Shown: positions 42,195 to 55,323 of the stretch, piece after piece | How positions within the stretch are numbered: the first letter of the stretch is position 1 | Layout of the letters: the number at the start of each line of letters is the position of its first letter | Notes under the pieces: generated by a model | Database searches by the model: none | Seen by the model: the letters and a program-made list of their open reading frames with translations, nothing else | What the model was told of the DNA's origin: nothing | Program-made: the position numbers and the translations under genes | Assembly (NCBI RefSeq): GCF_009914755.1 | Contig: NC_060935.1 | Direction: 5' to 3' (one strand) | Source: the human T2T-CHM13v2.0 reference genome, Homo sapiens | Length of the DNA stretch: 64,000 bases

Positions 42195-44889
42195 TACACC
42201 GCTAACACTTTCGTCTCATCCAGGGATGTTTGTGGGGAGTGGCCAGTGTTCAGATACATCCGTGCACAGTAGCAGAGTTACTCCAGATCCTGGAGGCTCT
42301 GAGTCTCCACCACATCTCTCCAGGCCACTGATGGTCCAGACATCTTTGTGTGAATTAGAAAAAAAGATATCCCTTCCTCCAAGAAGTTGCAACTCCATGT
42401 CAGGACACAAAGCTTGGCTAGAGGGTAGGCTGGATCAGTGTCCGCATCCATCCCTGTGCACCCCTTTGATCCTGTAGCTTGGTCAATTCCTAAGTCTGTA
42501 CCGCTGCATCTTGTAGGCTTGTGTCCCTACCACTGTGTGTGCATGCACGTCCACACCACACACACACATGCACACAAACGAGTATGCATAAACCAACACC
42601 CTCTCCTTGCCCCAGGGAATTCTTTACTTGTGGGGTAGGGATACCAGAAACCTGTGTGACTTCAAGCTGTTTCATTTCCTACTTCCCAGAAGGCTTTTTA
42701 ACAGAATTTCTTCTAAGAGGGTTTGCTGGCTGGGCTGGAAGCAGCTACAAGAATGAAATCCACAAGGTCAGGGAGAAGCAGAGCAGGTGATGCTGTATGT
42801 ATCTGACTCTAGGAATACAGTAACAAAGGAGATGGTGCAGGGAGGCACCAAGTCAAGGGCAGATGAGGCTTGGGAGGCTCTCCCCTCCCCCATCAGACTG
42901 TTAACATGGAATACAAAGCTCAAGTCTTTATTACCAGAAAAAAAAAAAAATAACAGTAGGAGAAGAGTGGGAGCCAGTAAGAGGGGAGAGAAGAGAGAGC
43001 CACATGCTGAAATCAATACCGCCCAGGACAAGCATTATCCCATGTGGAACACCTCAAGCCTCTGCCTAGAAAATTTGATTGGATCTTCAGAAAAACCTAT
43101 TAGTGTGTTGTCAGGACCTTCTGGTGATAACTGACCAGCTCTCGCCAATCGATGCTCTTCACTTGTGGAGCTCCTGATTTTTTAACAGCATAATAGTTTT
43201 TTTAATAATGGGCTGGCTCACCCACTCCAGCAAGCAGGGAGTCAAAGTCAGACTCCCAACTTAAAATATAGAGAAACCCGATGCTCCAGCCACTTCTTCC
43301 TAATTGCACAATTACTTTATGAAGCACCAGGGATGGAAGGCTACAGTGGGGAGGGGCGGGGGGGGAGGTGTGTGGCTTTTTTTCAGTGAAGCGAGGTTGT
43401 TAAGAAAAGTCACAGAAGTAATTACACAAGTCAAAATTATTTACTAAATGAAAGCCATTCTTCACCAAGGAACCTTTATTTATTTTTTTATAAAGGAAAA
43501 AGGCAAAAATTGGATGATCCCAGGATGGTGAGGACATCATAAAGCAACAATGGAATTAGTCATCAATTATTACAGCTTTTTAATTTTCAACTCAAGAGAG
43601 GGCAACCCATATTTTCCTTAGGGTTTTAAAACAGCAGTATTTTTGCTCTTTACCGCGCCTTGGATCTGAGATGTCAAAGTACTTTACAAACAAATACCTC
43701 CAAACACTTTGGGATTGAGGCTTTTTACAGATGGAGAGCAGGGCCCAGGGAAGAAGCGATTTGCCCAAGGTCACGGCTGAATCAGAGGCACAGCTGGAAA
43801 CACTACTCATGAATACTGGCTCCTGGAGTCGGAGCTCATCAACACCAGCCTGCCACCTCCCACACACACCAAAACAAAACCCCAAAGCCGGAAAACAGCA
43901 GCAGGAAGAAAAGTCACCTGCCCTCCACAGCCCAGGGTGTCCACACTGACAATTTGCTGTACACATTGGAAGCTGGGTGTGCAGGTCAGATATCTCTACA
44001 GATTGCCATTGCTGGACCCAGGAGAATCAGTCATTAATGAAAGCTGAAAGTGCACTCTGCATATTTGGGCAGATCAGCTTTCCATCCTGAACCCCCAGGT
44101 GTATATGTCAGAATTCTGGCCTTCCAGGAGGCGTTGATGGTTCATGCGACAGTTTGCTCTGCCTACGTGGCAGGTCTGGTTCTTTTCTGTGGTGGCTCCC
44201 TCCAGAACTTGCTCTACGTGCTCAGAGTTGCAGTGCAAGATTCAGAGAAGACACAGTTAACAAGAGAGGGAGAGAAAGAGGAAAAGAAAAGAAGGAAGAC
44301 AGAGGAGAGACTGCTTTGAAACCTGTGCAGGCCCTAGAACCTCTTTTTGTGAAGCCTCCATTCCACACTATGTCACATACATTACAGTCCCACGTTGAAT
44401 ACAGTTTCTGATTATTTACCAGTTACGTTAGGTTGCAGTTTGCTGATGACAACGTTATGGTTTTGTAGATATTTAATTAAACATTTAATACATTTGATTT
44501 TACAGTTTTCTTGCCTTCCCTGGATTTTAGAGCTCATATATATATTTTTTTTTCTTTCCAGGTCTCAGATATGTTCACAGGCTCTTGAAATGTTTCTATG
44601 GCATAGGCACTGTGCTTTCTGACCTTAATGGATAAAACAGCTTAGAGAGATAGGAGAAGGGAGACGTGGGGAAAAAATGATGTTGACGATGACAGAGCAA
44701 GAAACAAAATTTTAAAAACCAAACCCAAACAAAAATTTAACGAAGCATACAGAGGGAGTTCTCAAAACTTTAAAATTGCTGGTTAGAAAGAAAAAGGAGA
44801 CCCAGGGCTTACCAAGATATTTCTAGGAAAGAGACAGACACTTGAAAGACCCATCCAACCACGGATGGAAAAAAATCTCTCTCTTATTA

Positions 44890-45560
44890 TTCAATAATTT
44901 ATTGAGCACAGGGCCAGATACTGCACTTGGCTTCGGAGATACAGAGCTGGATCAGATACAGTCTCTACTCTCAAGGAATTTACTGTTTTTATTGAGGGAG
45001 ACAGAAAGGTAAACAAACAGTTCAGATATGTGATAAGGACACAAATTGAGGTAAGCATGAGGAATTGAAAAAGCACAGAGAAGCAACCCGAAGGATGCAG
45101 AGACATTCTCAAAAGGAAGAGGACACCCCTGAATATTCAAAGGCACAGAGGTGGGATAGGGTAGGGGACAGGGGCCAGGGGCAGTGGAGGATCACGGGGT
45201 GACACTGAAAGTCCAAACTGAATTGATGGCAGATTGTGAGGATTTGGATTTAGGCTGCAGTCAAAGGTTAACCAAGAGTGGTTCCCTGGCAAGGGAGGGA
45301 CTGGTGATGGGGCTGGGGAAGGAGGAGGGGAAGCCAGTCCAGAGGCTGCCACATTCTTTTGTTTGAAGGTAAAGGGCCTGGACCAGGTGAGTGACATGGA
45401 AATGATGCATTCAGGTCAAGTTTGATAAGCATTAGGGGGGCAATGGGCAGGAATTGCTAACCACTGGAGGCAAATAACCCAGGTTTCCAGTTTGGGAGAC
45501 TGATCATGCTATTAAATCAGATGGAATATAAAGGAAGAAGTAAGTTTGGAGGAAGCTTTT
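44890..45560 (-). mobile_element. L2 fragment
   Basis: ttcaataatttattgagcac...ctctcaaggaatttactgtttt antisense L2 3' end. Boundaries approximate. Confidence 0.6.
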
Positions 45561-48051
45561 CATTTCCCCAAGCCTCAGGATCCTAAAGCGGGTGCCATGC
45601 TAGGGGGGATGATGTCCCAAAGATTCCCCCGAAAAGTTGCTGGGAAAACCCAGCAAACACTTATGGGGTGTAGGGACACAGAGTCCGGATAGGTTACGAG
45701 TTTCCTTTCGGGTCCCTCTAGCCAAGACAGAAACACAGCTCTAGAAGCCCAACACTAGAAATCTGTTCATTCTGCCTCAGAAGAAAGGGGCTTGAAGTGA
45801 ATAGAGACAGGGAGGGGGTGTGATAGATACTGCTAAGGCCACGTGGAGTGCAGGGCGGAGGCTCTGCTGTGATTCATGGTTGAAGGGAGTTTATTGGAAG
45901 TTAGCTAATAAAAGCTCCCAGCTATACTCAAGCGTCTGTGTTCTCCCTGGCTGGCAACACACCCTACATAATAGTTGGTGTGATGGCAGAGTCGAATGGA
46001 GACACAAATATCTATCCATCACACCAAATTCATTGGGTTAAACTCCCATCACCCAGAGCTGACCCTTTCCTTCCGGAGGAAGTAATGAGCTAGAAATAAG
46101 TGCTATCGGAAGCTGAGTCTAAGTAAATCTGTAATCACAGACATTTCAAACGGTAGCTTCCTTCAGTTTGGGCTTTTCAAACAGATGGATACTCTACCAT
46201 GAAATTGCCAAGATTAAAAAGAGAACACTAGTTTAACACACATGGCTGGGGAAATGGCCGGGGCCATCTACAGAGCAGGATTCCCACATCTTGGCCAGAG
46301 ACTTGCTCGGCATTCATGGGAGGTAAACAGCCCCAAAGAAAAGCAACTGCATTTCTTTCTTGGTCTTCCATGTTGGCAGAGGGGAGACAAATGAGGACAC
46401 TCTGGTTTGGGGATGGCATGAATGAACCACACATGTCCATAAATAAACCCGGAGCCCTCCAAACACACTGCTTGTTTGTTCACACAAAAGCCAGCCTGGC
46501 AGCCCTCTGGCCCAGCCATGTTCACAGTTGGATCCTTAACGCACTGTGAGTGTTCAATCAAACTTTTAGTGGTGAAACTCTGGGAGCAGAAAGCCAGCTA
46601 AGCCCAAATGGTCCCTTTGCTTTTCCATCTTTTGTGGCTGCCTGGCTGTGCTCTTACGGGTTTTGTTGTCAACAAACTCCTGGCTTGCCTTTGAGCACTC
46701 CAAATTATTGAAAATGACTACAGCTTAAGACTGGCAGGATGATTGTTAAAAACAGCCCTGGCATTAATCATAGCTTAAGAGCTTTTGGAAAATGATTCTA
46801 ATTCAGAAGGGGTGGCTTACAAAGAGCCTTGTCGAAAGTGAAGCAGACATCAAATTCTGAAAGGCAAAAAGCCTCCTTGGTACCCACACCTGGCTTCTTC
46901 TGCAATCCAGTTGGCAGAACTGCATGGGGGGCACGGCTTACCCCACCAGCTCACCCCATCTGAGACCACCTTGGGTTTTGCCCACGAGTCCTGTATCACC
47001 CCTACCTCTGATATGGGGACCTTGAGATGGGAGAGACTTCAGGGAGCACCAGCAGTTACAGTCTTCCTGGCAGTCCTGGGACTAAGGAAGAGGTGGCCTT
47101 GTTTTCTGTCAACAGTTGGCATGCCTTAGACCAGTGCTAAAATAAGCTGTGTGCATAGAGGCAGCTGCGTAGGCAAACACATGGTCAGCATTTGCAAGGA
47201 GCCAGGCAGGGCGACGAGCTAATACTTCTGCCTTTTGCCTGCCTGGCACAACAAAGGAGAATGATTTTTGCCATCAGCATTCTCCCTATCACGGAATCAT
47301 TGCACAATTTAGTATGATTAATGGTTTCCATTTAGGAGAAGCTGAGAATGAAAACAGTGGGGGAGTGGTGGCACTCGCTGGGGGTGTCTGCGGGTGATAC
47401 TAGAGTGAAAGGGAGAGAGAGCTGGCCGTTGCCTGCCAGCCTGTATCTTCCAACCTTTACTTCCAGGCACAACTGGGGAGACACGGTGGGGCAGAGACAC
47501 ATGGCTTTTGACATGCTTTTGCAGAAACAGTCTGAAAGCTGCAAACTTGTGAGGCACTGTTTGCTGTTTCATTCTTGCATCCTTCCCAATATTTGTGACT
47601 GTGAAGCCACTCCCTTTTACCTGCCAAAGGGAGTGCCAATCCCAGAAGTTCCTAACTAAGGGCTGGGGCTGAGAGTGGTCAGGGCACAGTGATGAGGATA
47701 GTGGAACTAACTACACCACTTCTTGACATTCCTGATGGCCACGCGGGGATGCCACACAGGGAGGGAAGGACCCCACCCATGTGCTGGGACTGTAGGGGTG
47801 GCCTCCAACATAGCCGTCTGTCTCTGGAGCACCCAGCTGGTGGTAGACCTAGTCTCAGCTCTCATCGGGTGGCTTTCCTGGGAGTTCTTCTTCTCCCCTC
47901 AGTAGCATCCTTTTATTTCCACTTCTGTAGGCTTCTTTTTGGGTCTCACGGCTGCTGCAGGTGAGTGGTGAGACAAAAGGTGCCATAGCCAGGGACTTGT
48001 GGGTGCTGATGGAAACCAACCAGGAAAACACAGAGAATTCAAAAGGGTCTG

Positions 48052-48053
<2 letters not shown>

Positions 48054-48090
<37 letters not shown>
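48054..48090 (-). repeat. A37 homopolymer on the CADM1 strand (not an Alu tail)
   Basis: 37 consecutive T on plus. A similar T35 lies at 51581-51615. Confidence 0.95.
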
Positions 48091-48093
<3 letters not shown>

Positions 48094-48443
48094 GCATAGC
48101 CTTTGTAACTGAAGCCAGATAGAGAGAAAATTGGTGATCTTGGCTGGGGCTAACGTGACTCAAGGCCCTTCTCGATGCATTGGTGTCTCTGCAAGGAAAT
48201 CTATTATTTTCCATAAACTGTCTTAAGCATCTCCCGGGCTACATTTCTGGCTGTGTTAAGAATCAAGCCATCAAGAACAGCTGTGAATGTTATACAATTT
48301 CAGCAGCAGCAATGGGCTTTGGCAGGGAAGTAGGAGCAAAAAACCCAAGTAGGACATTTCAGTTGACAGTAATGGCATTTTCCCTTCCTTGTCCAAACGA
48401 TAAAAGATTCATGTTCCTAATTGCAACACTATAGCTGCCCTCA

Positions 48444-48481
48444 TCACTTTATTCTGGGAGAGGAGGTTAGAGAAAACAGGC
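48444..48481 (-). CDS. CADM1: Putative alternative CADM1 terminal exon encoding (G)LFSLTSSPRIK*
   Basis: A ~35 nt almost pure CT tract precedes ctag|GC CTG TTT TCT CTA ACC TCC TCT CCC AGA ATA AAG TGA TGA. Phase 1 matches the TM-exon donor at 57494. Confidence 0.7.
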
Positions 48482-51400
48482 CTAGAGAGAGGGAGAGAAA
48501 GAGAAAGAGAGAGAGATGGATAGTAATTTCGTCACTAGCTAACAGAGACTGATTAGTGCAGAAGATTCCCTTCCATAGCAATACTTTTTAATCAGGTCTG
48601 CTGTGTCTGGGCAAACAGCTTTTGTGGATTAGCTAGACTTGCACTTGCCAGCATCCATTGCAGGTTTAAACGATGAAATACACAACTACAGAGAAAACAA
48701 ACCAAAAAGAGTAATAAAGTCACACATTTCAATATTCAGCAACCATTAAGGGATTTAAATATTTGCTTGCTATTAAAGGCCTGCATTAGGCTCTTCCAAC
48801 ACCAGCTCTGGAAGACTGAAATATCAATTACGGATCAATTTTCCCCCTAAGTAAACACTAATGCAGGATAAACAGTATTAGAAGATGCAATCGTAACATT
48901 GCTGACTTCAGGATGGACTTCCTGCTGGTAACAGCAAGTTTAAGCCTGGTGATTAATTAACCTGAGAAGATAGCACTTAAGGAAGATTTGAGGCGGTCAC
49001 GTCTGAAATATGACTGTGAGCCTGTGCACGTCTGGAGGGCAGCTGAAGTCCCGGGCCCAGAGAACCGGTTGATTTGCCCCTCAGTAGTGGTTCTCACCTT
49101 CCCCAGATCAACACTTCGAAGGATTAGGAGGGAGTAAAATGGGAGGCGCAGGTAGGTGTGCATGTGTGTGAGAGAAAAAGCAGTAGACAATGTCAGGTTC
49201 CTTGTTGGAATACATTCTGCATTTCAATAGGCAAGGCTCGAGTTGTATTTCCCAGCACTGACCACCAGGGGCAGTAGACATTTTATGTTTTTTGGGAATG
49301 AAAAAAATAAATAAAAACATAAAAATGAAACAAAGTTTCCTGTGTACTGAAGAGGCTGGAAGCTGAGGTTTGGAACACCTGAAAACAGAGAAGATTCTTG
49401 CTTTCAGGTCTCAGTTCAGGGATGCTCATGTGTAATGATGTGAGTGTTGGGTGGGGGGTGGTGGGGGGGGACTGAATCCTGCAGTTCCTATTAGAGGCAC
49501 ATTTCAACATTTTGAGATAAACACAGATAAGGCAAGGACTATAGTTTGCATTTTTAAAAGAGGCCATATTGCATTCTGAAGGCCCCTCACAATATATGAT
49601 AGCAATACTAAGGCTTTGCTTGGCCATTACCCAAAATGATATTCCCTGATACTATTCCAGTGGGTCCTTGAGAATGATAGGGCCAATCGCTCTAAACTCA
49701 GGACTGGCTGGCTTGTCCCTTCACGGCCAACCTGAAAGCCACCTGTAGTAAGGATGGACATGCAAACATCAAGGTTTGAAATACAGCATCGGTGGCCCAT
49801 TCAGATTAAGTGTAACGTAAGGCTCAGTCAGCCAGGTGCTCGACTCTTCTCCCTTTAATCAGCTGATACTTGCTGGGTGACTACTGCGTGCCTGACAGGA
49901 ACTTTAATATGGTATTGACCTACAAGGTCATGGATGAGCCAAGAGTCCCTTCTTTCTTCTCCTGTACGGGGGGCCAGCGCTTCAAAAACTATACATGTAT
50001 GGCTGTGAATACAAATTTCACCCTGAAGGAATGTGGCTGCCAGTTCTTCATGACAAAGGGCTGCGTATTTGGGATCCTGGCAAAAAGGTGTATTAATCTT
50101 GGGCATGATTTTATAATAAAACAAAAATACCTTCACTTAAGCAGGGTCTTTCTACCTGTAACACAGTGGCCACATGGTTTCTTTGAGGTTCTTGATGACA
50201 GAATCAAAGGAGCATTTCTCCATGGAGCAAGTCCACAGCGGTAAAAGAATTACATTTCAGGTAGACAGAGGACAGTGAAAGATTGCACCAATTAACACCC
50301 GCATATCACCTCAGGGTTCCAGTTGATGTATTTGGAGAATGCCAGGCCAAAACATTTGTGAAAACTCTCTGGGGGAAACGAGGGCCATTTTCACTCTCGT
50401 ACGCACTCTTCTCAAATGAAGGAGTGGGCAACTTATCAAGATCCTTTGAGCGGGGACGGCTTCTAGCACCTTCTCATTTGCATACCCTGTGGAGCTCAAA
50501 AGGCAAATGTACAGCAGTCACCACCTCCTGTCTGCCTCAGCTCAAGGAACTTCTGGGACTTTTTTCTGTAGGGTACAGCTAAAGCTGGAGCCTCATGCTG
50601 CAGACAAGAGGGAGAGGGGTGGGGAGACTAAACATACTGCATGCCACGTGGCTTGGAATAAGTCTGCTAATGAATGGTGAAGAGAAAAGGGTCATTAAAC
50701 CTTCTAAGTCGTGGTTTGCAAGGGCATGATGTGTCTATATGCAGAGGAGCCCTCAGAGCTCCCTCTGAGTAGTGACCGCTTCTTCGTAGCCCTGGGTAAC
50801 CTTCTATCGTTTTAGTCACCATTTGCCTCTATCCTGTGACTGACATGTAATGAACAAGTAGTGTGTGTCTGGCACCTTTTTGGCTGAGCGCTGACTGCAT
50901 ATCTCACTGATCTTTCCTAACAACCTTCGAGGCTATGGTGATGTCCACCTTGCAGAGCAAGAGACTGAAGCCAGGTAGGCTGGGCTACTCACCCGAGGTT
51001 TCACTGCTACATGGTGGGACAGGGATCTGAATGCAGGCAGCCTCTCTCTAGTGTGTGCTTTTGATCCTTATTCTATCTCTCTGGGTCTTTTTATAGAGAT
51101 GCAATGAATGAGTACTCCCTACTGCTCCTTGCCCTCTGGCAGAGGCTGGGAGAGGTCACTGAAGTATCGACTCCTCTGCCCGGACTTTTCAGTACAGCCA
51201 CAAGACCCATCCCACCCTGCACACGGAATTGCTTTCTTCTCCCCATACAAATCAGCAGGCTGGCTGGGCTTGTTGCCCTCTGTACTTTTGACTCACATTC
51301 CTTCTCCACGAAACCATCCTTTAAGATCCAGCTGGGGTCCCAGCTCTTTGTGAAGCTGTCTAGGGACTCACCAGCCTTCACTGATTACCCTTCTCCAGAA

Positions 51401-51577
51401 AATTCTCATAGCACTCTCTGGGCTTCTCTGTGTTCAGTGGGGCACCCATGGCTCAGGGTCACTTCAAGTTTTCAGGTGATGTAACTGATGCTCTACTTGG
51501 CCTCCAGAGACCGCCTTATACTTCTCTGCATCCCTCACCATGCTGGACATACAGCAGGTGCTCAATAACTGCATATC

Positions 51578-51618
<41 letters not shown>

Positions 51619-52479
51619 GAGACAGGTAAGAGACCAGGCCAGGATGGAAGTGGCTCAAGGGGAGATGCACAGCCTTCAGTCTTTCTGGAGCTTACCTTTG
51701 CTTTTCCTAGGGAACTTTCCCCATGACGTGGCCAAGGGAGAAAAGGGGAACTCATCAACCACAGCTGAGGGGATGGTGGGAAAAGGGCACTTTGGGCCTG
51801 GCCAGACGTTATCTGCACATTTATAAGATCGGCCACCATGAAGTGTAGTCATTGCTCACTTCAGCCTGCAAGGCAAGGACGATGACAACAGAGCAAATCC
51901 TGCTGTCTACCCAGGCCTGGAAGTCTCAGCAACCTAAACAGCAAGTGAGAACAATCTTCTGCAGGCAGCCAAGCCAGTCCTCCACAGCTCACGTCTTCTT
52001 TTTATGAAAGGAGAGAGAACTTTCAAGGAAGAAGGCAGAATGAATTGTTAAGACACAAACTCCCAAAGTAAGAGACAGGTGGAGCAGCCAACACAGGGAA
52101 GTTGGTGAGGGTGGGGGGGCGGTGAGAGAGGGGATGAGTGCGGAAGACACATCCACGGGAGCGGCCTGTTCCGGCGGGCCCGCCACGACAGCTCGCACAC
52201 CTGCACAAATCGCTGAGTCCACGTGGGAGCCCAGACTCAGCCACGGCACAGCACTTGGCTCACCTGTCCACTGAGAGTGGGGAAGAGAACAAGGACAGGA
52301 AGGATGAGCGGAGAAGGAGAGAGAGCGCGGCCCCCAGCAACCCAGCTGGCAGCATGTCCTAGCATCTACTGCCAGCGTTCCTGGCCCCGTACATGGTCCT
52401 AAGGAGGAAGCTGGGACCAGAGGCCCATCTCTTCTCTCACTCGGAGGCGTCCATAAGAAGTCCATAAAGAGATTAAAGG

Positions 52480-55323
52480 ATCACTTTGTAACATTAATTT
52501 TTTTTTTATTAAGAAGACAGATATTTTATAGTACTTCTTTTTTTTCTTTTTTTTTTTGTAAAAATGGTATACATGAACCAATACAAAATGCGAATGGGAA
52601 CATATGGATATGGAGTTTCTTACACTGTAACATTGTCCATGTACACCTTAAAAACAGAACTGGCCTAAAGGGAAAAATAAGACGTCGGTGTGACTAAAGA
52701 ACAAGCTTATTTGGCATCAATTATACATCCTTCATTATTTTATATTCCTTTAAAAAACACAAAAAACAAGTTTGTTCTTTCTTCACTCTAAAAAAAGTGA
52801 TCAACCTGTACAAAGTAATACTCAACAATACATTTCAAACAGTGCACTGTATACTTAAGAAAAAATACATAAACCAATATACAACTAAAATCCATAATTT
52901 CCTGTTTTTGCTTTGTTTTATTATTATTTTTTCCAATGTGTGGGGCCTACACTTTGCAATCTACCTGAGACGGAAAACACCAATCGAAACACATGAACCT
53001 GAGACATGTCAACATTGTAAGCCATAAAGTTACATCAGGAACACTGCACTACTGTACACTTTTCAAAACAGAAAGATGGGAGGTCCCAAAAATGAGATGC
53101 CAATTCTGTGAGCAATGGTGTGATTTTTGTTTTTGTTTTTGTTTTTCTTTTTTTCTAAAAAGAACAACTGAAAAAAAACCTTTCAACAACATGCTAAATG
53201 ATTCTCACCCTTTGATATGATTATACTATGGTCGGAATGGGTGCTAAGGGCTCGGAATAGAGCTGCAGATTATAAAATTCATTGAAAAAGGGATGTTCAT
53301 TGTGGCTTTTTGTCTTGGTTAAGTGCCTAGGGATAGGGGAGGGGTAAATAAAATGCTGCTCGATAATGGATTTTCTTTTACATACCAGTCCGTTCCCAAA
53401 AGGCCCCCATATTGCAATGGTTCTATCAAAGGTTAAAATAAAGACAAGAAAAATAAACATGTTTTCAAATAACAAAGAGTTGACACTTTTTCCCCCTTAA
53501 ATAAATCAGCATAAGTTTTCCACATAATGTAACAATAGTAAAAATGCACCTTGCAAAATCCAAAATTACTCACTGAAAATGTAATAGAATATATATTTAT
53601 ATATATATATAGATCTATCTTTTTTGATGCCATCTTTCCATAGGGACTGTTAGCTGGAGTCTGGAGTCTTACCAAACATATGGTAAGAGTTTAGTTTCTG
53701 TCCTTCAGGACTACTTCTAGATTTCCTAGACGTTTCAGTGAAAATCCCCACACTTCTTTCTTTAAAACATGTAAATGGTAACGTGACTCCTCTACCTTTT
53801 CCCGAGGCTCCCCATCTAAGATATGTTCAAGGTCACTGATTTTAGTAGCTATGCACTATGGCTGCCATCATGCGAGGATCAGTAATTTTTGGCAGATGGT
53901 TCTTAAGGCTGAGGAAAGAGGCCAAGGCTAGTGTATGAAAGGTAAAAAGATAAAAACACTCACATTTGAGTTTTGATTAAGTAACTGAAAATCCGTACAT
54001 GCTGTTTTTCCACCTCTGCTCTGACCTATCGAGAACTGAGAGCGACAGCAGACCAGTGTGAGAACAATACCAGCCCTTCTTTTGTACCTCCTGCCTTTGT
54101 CAAGCCAAATCTGAAGGAATGAAAGTTTCACACAGATTCGAGTTGGAAATCCCAGCATGACAAATATCTGTAATATACAGTACATGCAGGCCACATCCTA
54201 CTGCCTTCCTAACTAAGCACAAAGGAAAAAAAAAAAAAAATCAACTCTGTCCCATTCAGTCATTCGCACAACAGACGAACTTGCTTTTTCCTACAAATTA
54301 GTGAGAAGTAAGGCCGATTGGGAAAGGTGGATGGAATCATTTGGAACAGAAACAACCAGAGCAGAACTGTATTTCCCCCCTCCCTACTTCCCCTCCTGTG
54401 GCAACTCAAAATTTGTCCACTTATATAAAAGGAACAGACCTCACCTGTCAGGTCTGTTTAGGGCATGGAAAAAGGAGGAGTCCTTTCTGCCCCAAACCTT
54501 TCTGGACAGCGTAGGGTATCTATACTGAGCCGTCTACAGATACAGAATTAAAGACAGTGAAATTCAATCTCATTGTGACACACCTCACTTGCAGATAACC
54601 CTGTACAGTAATGTAGTTCCACAGCAAACAGAACATTTTCTGAATCACAGTCTAATTTTCTAGTCTTCACTGCTCTAAGTATTTGAAACATGGGCAGCAG
54701 CAAAGAGTTTTCATTGTTTGTTCACCCAAATCTTTACGACAACAGAGAAGAATGCATTATGGATACACTAAATTCTGAACTATGAAATCTAAGCTGTGCT
54801 GGTTCTCCTTTTATGAAACTGAATTTGGAACAGAAAGCAGTTACCATAAAAATAAACAAAAGTAAAAAACTAGAACAGAAAAGGGAAGGAAAAGAGTCTA
54901 AGGAATCCCAGCAGGCAAATTCCAAAATGGGAGATTTTGGAAAAAATCCGAAATTGGGGTAGAGGGAGGAAATAAATGTGCACAAAGGGGGAAAAGAAAG
55001 GAACGCAACAAACAAACAAAAAACAAGGCACAGAATTTTCTGCAATCTACTGAAACTAAATCCAAGTATCCAAGTTTGACTTGGTAGGAAGAAATAAAAA
55101 TTAAACAAACAAACAAACGAAAAAAGAGGTGTCAAACAGCAGAGTGTACTTTCCAAAGAACATTTTTTTTTTTTTTACACAGCAAATCCCAAGCCTTCCC
55201 AGTCTCACACCTTTCCACCCATTCATAAAAAAACACACGAATTTCTCGCAAGTTCCAATATCACTGTCTCTTTATCATCTAAATAGGGCCAGTTGGACAC
55301 CTCATTGAAACAAAAAGGCTGAT
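52480..55323 (-). other. CADM1: CADM1 3'UTR (~2.8 kb, AU-rich); distal end approximate
   Basis: Follows the stop codon, has no visible interspersed repeats, is U/A-rich with many UGUA elements and ends after AATAAA at 52505-52510. Confidence 0.85.
52505..52510 (-). terminator. Polyadenylation signal AATAAA (likely major CADM1 PAS)
   Basis: Plus-strand tttatt sits at the point where AU-rich UTR sequence changes to GC-richer flank. A second AATAAA lies at 52917-52922. Confidence 0.7.

Noticed and set aside
49855-50244. Opposing 93-aa and 124-aa ORFs that might suggest a processed pseudogene
   Set aside because: No recognisable parent protein, poly(A) tail or TSD.
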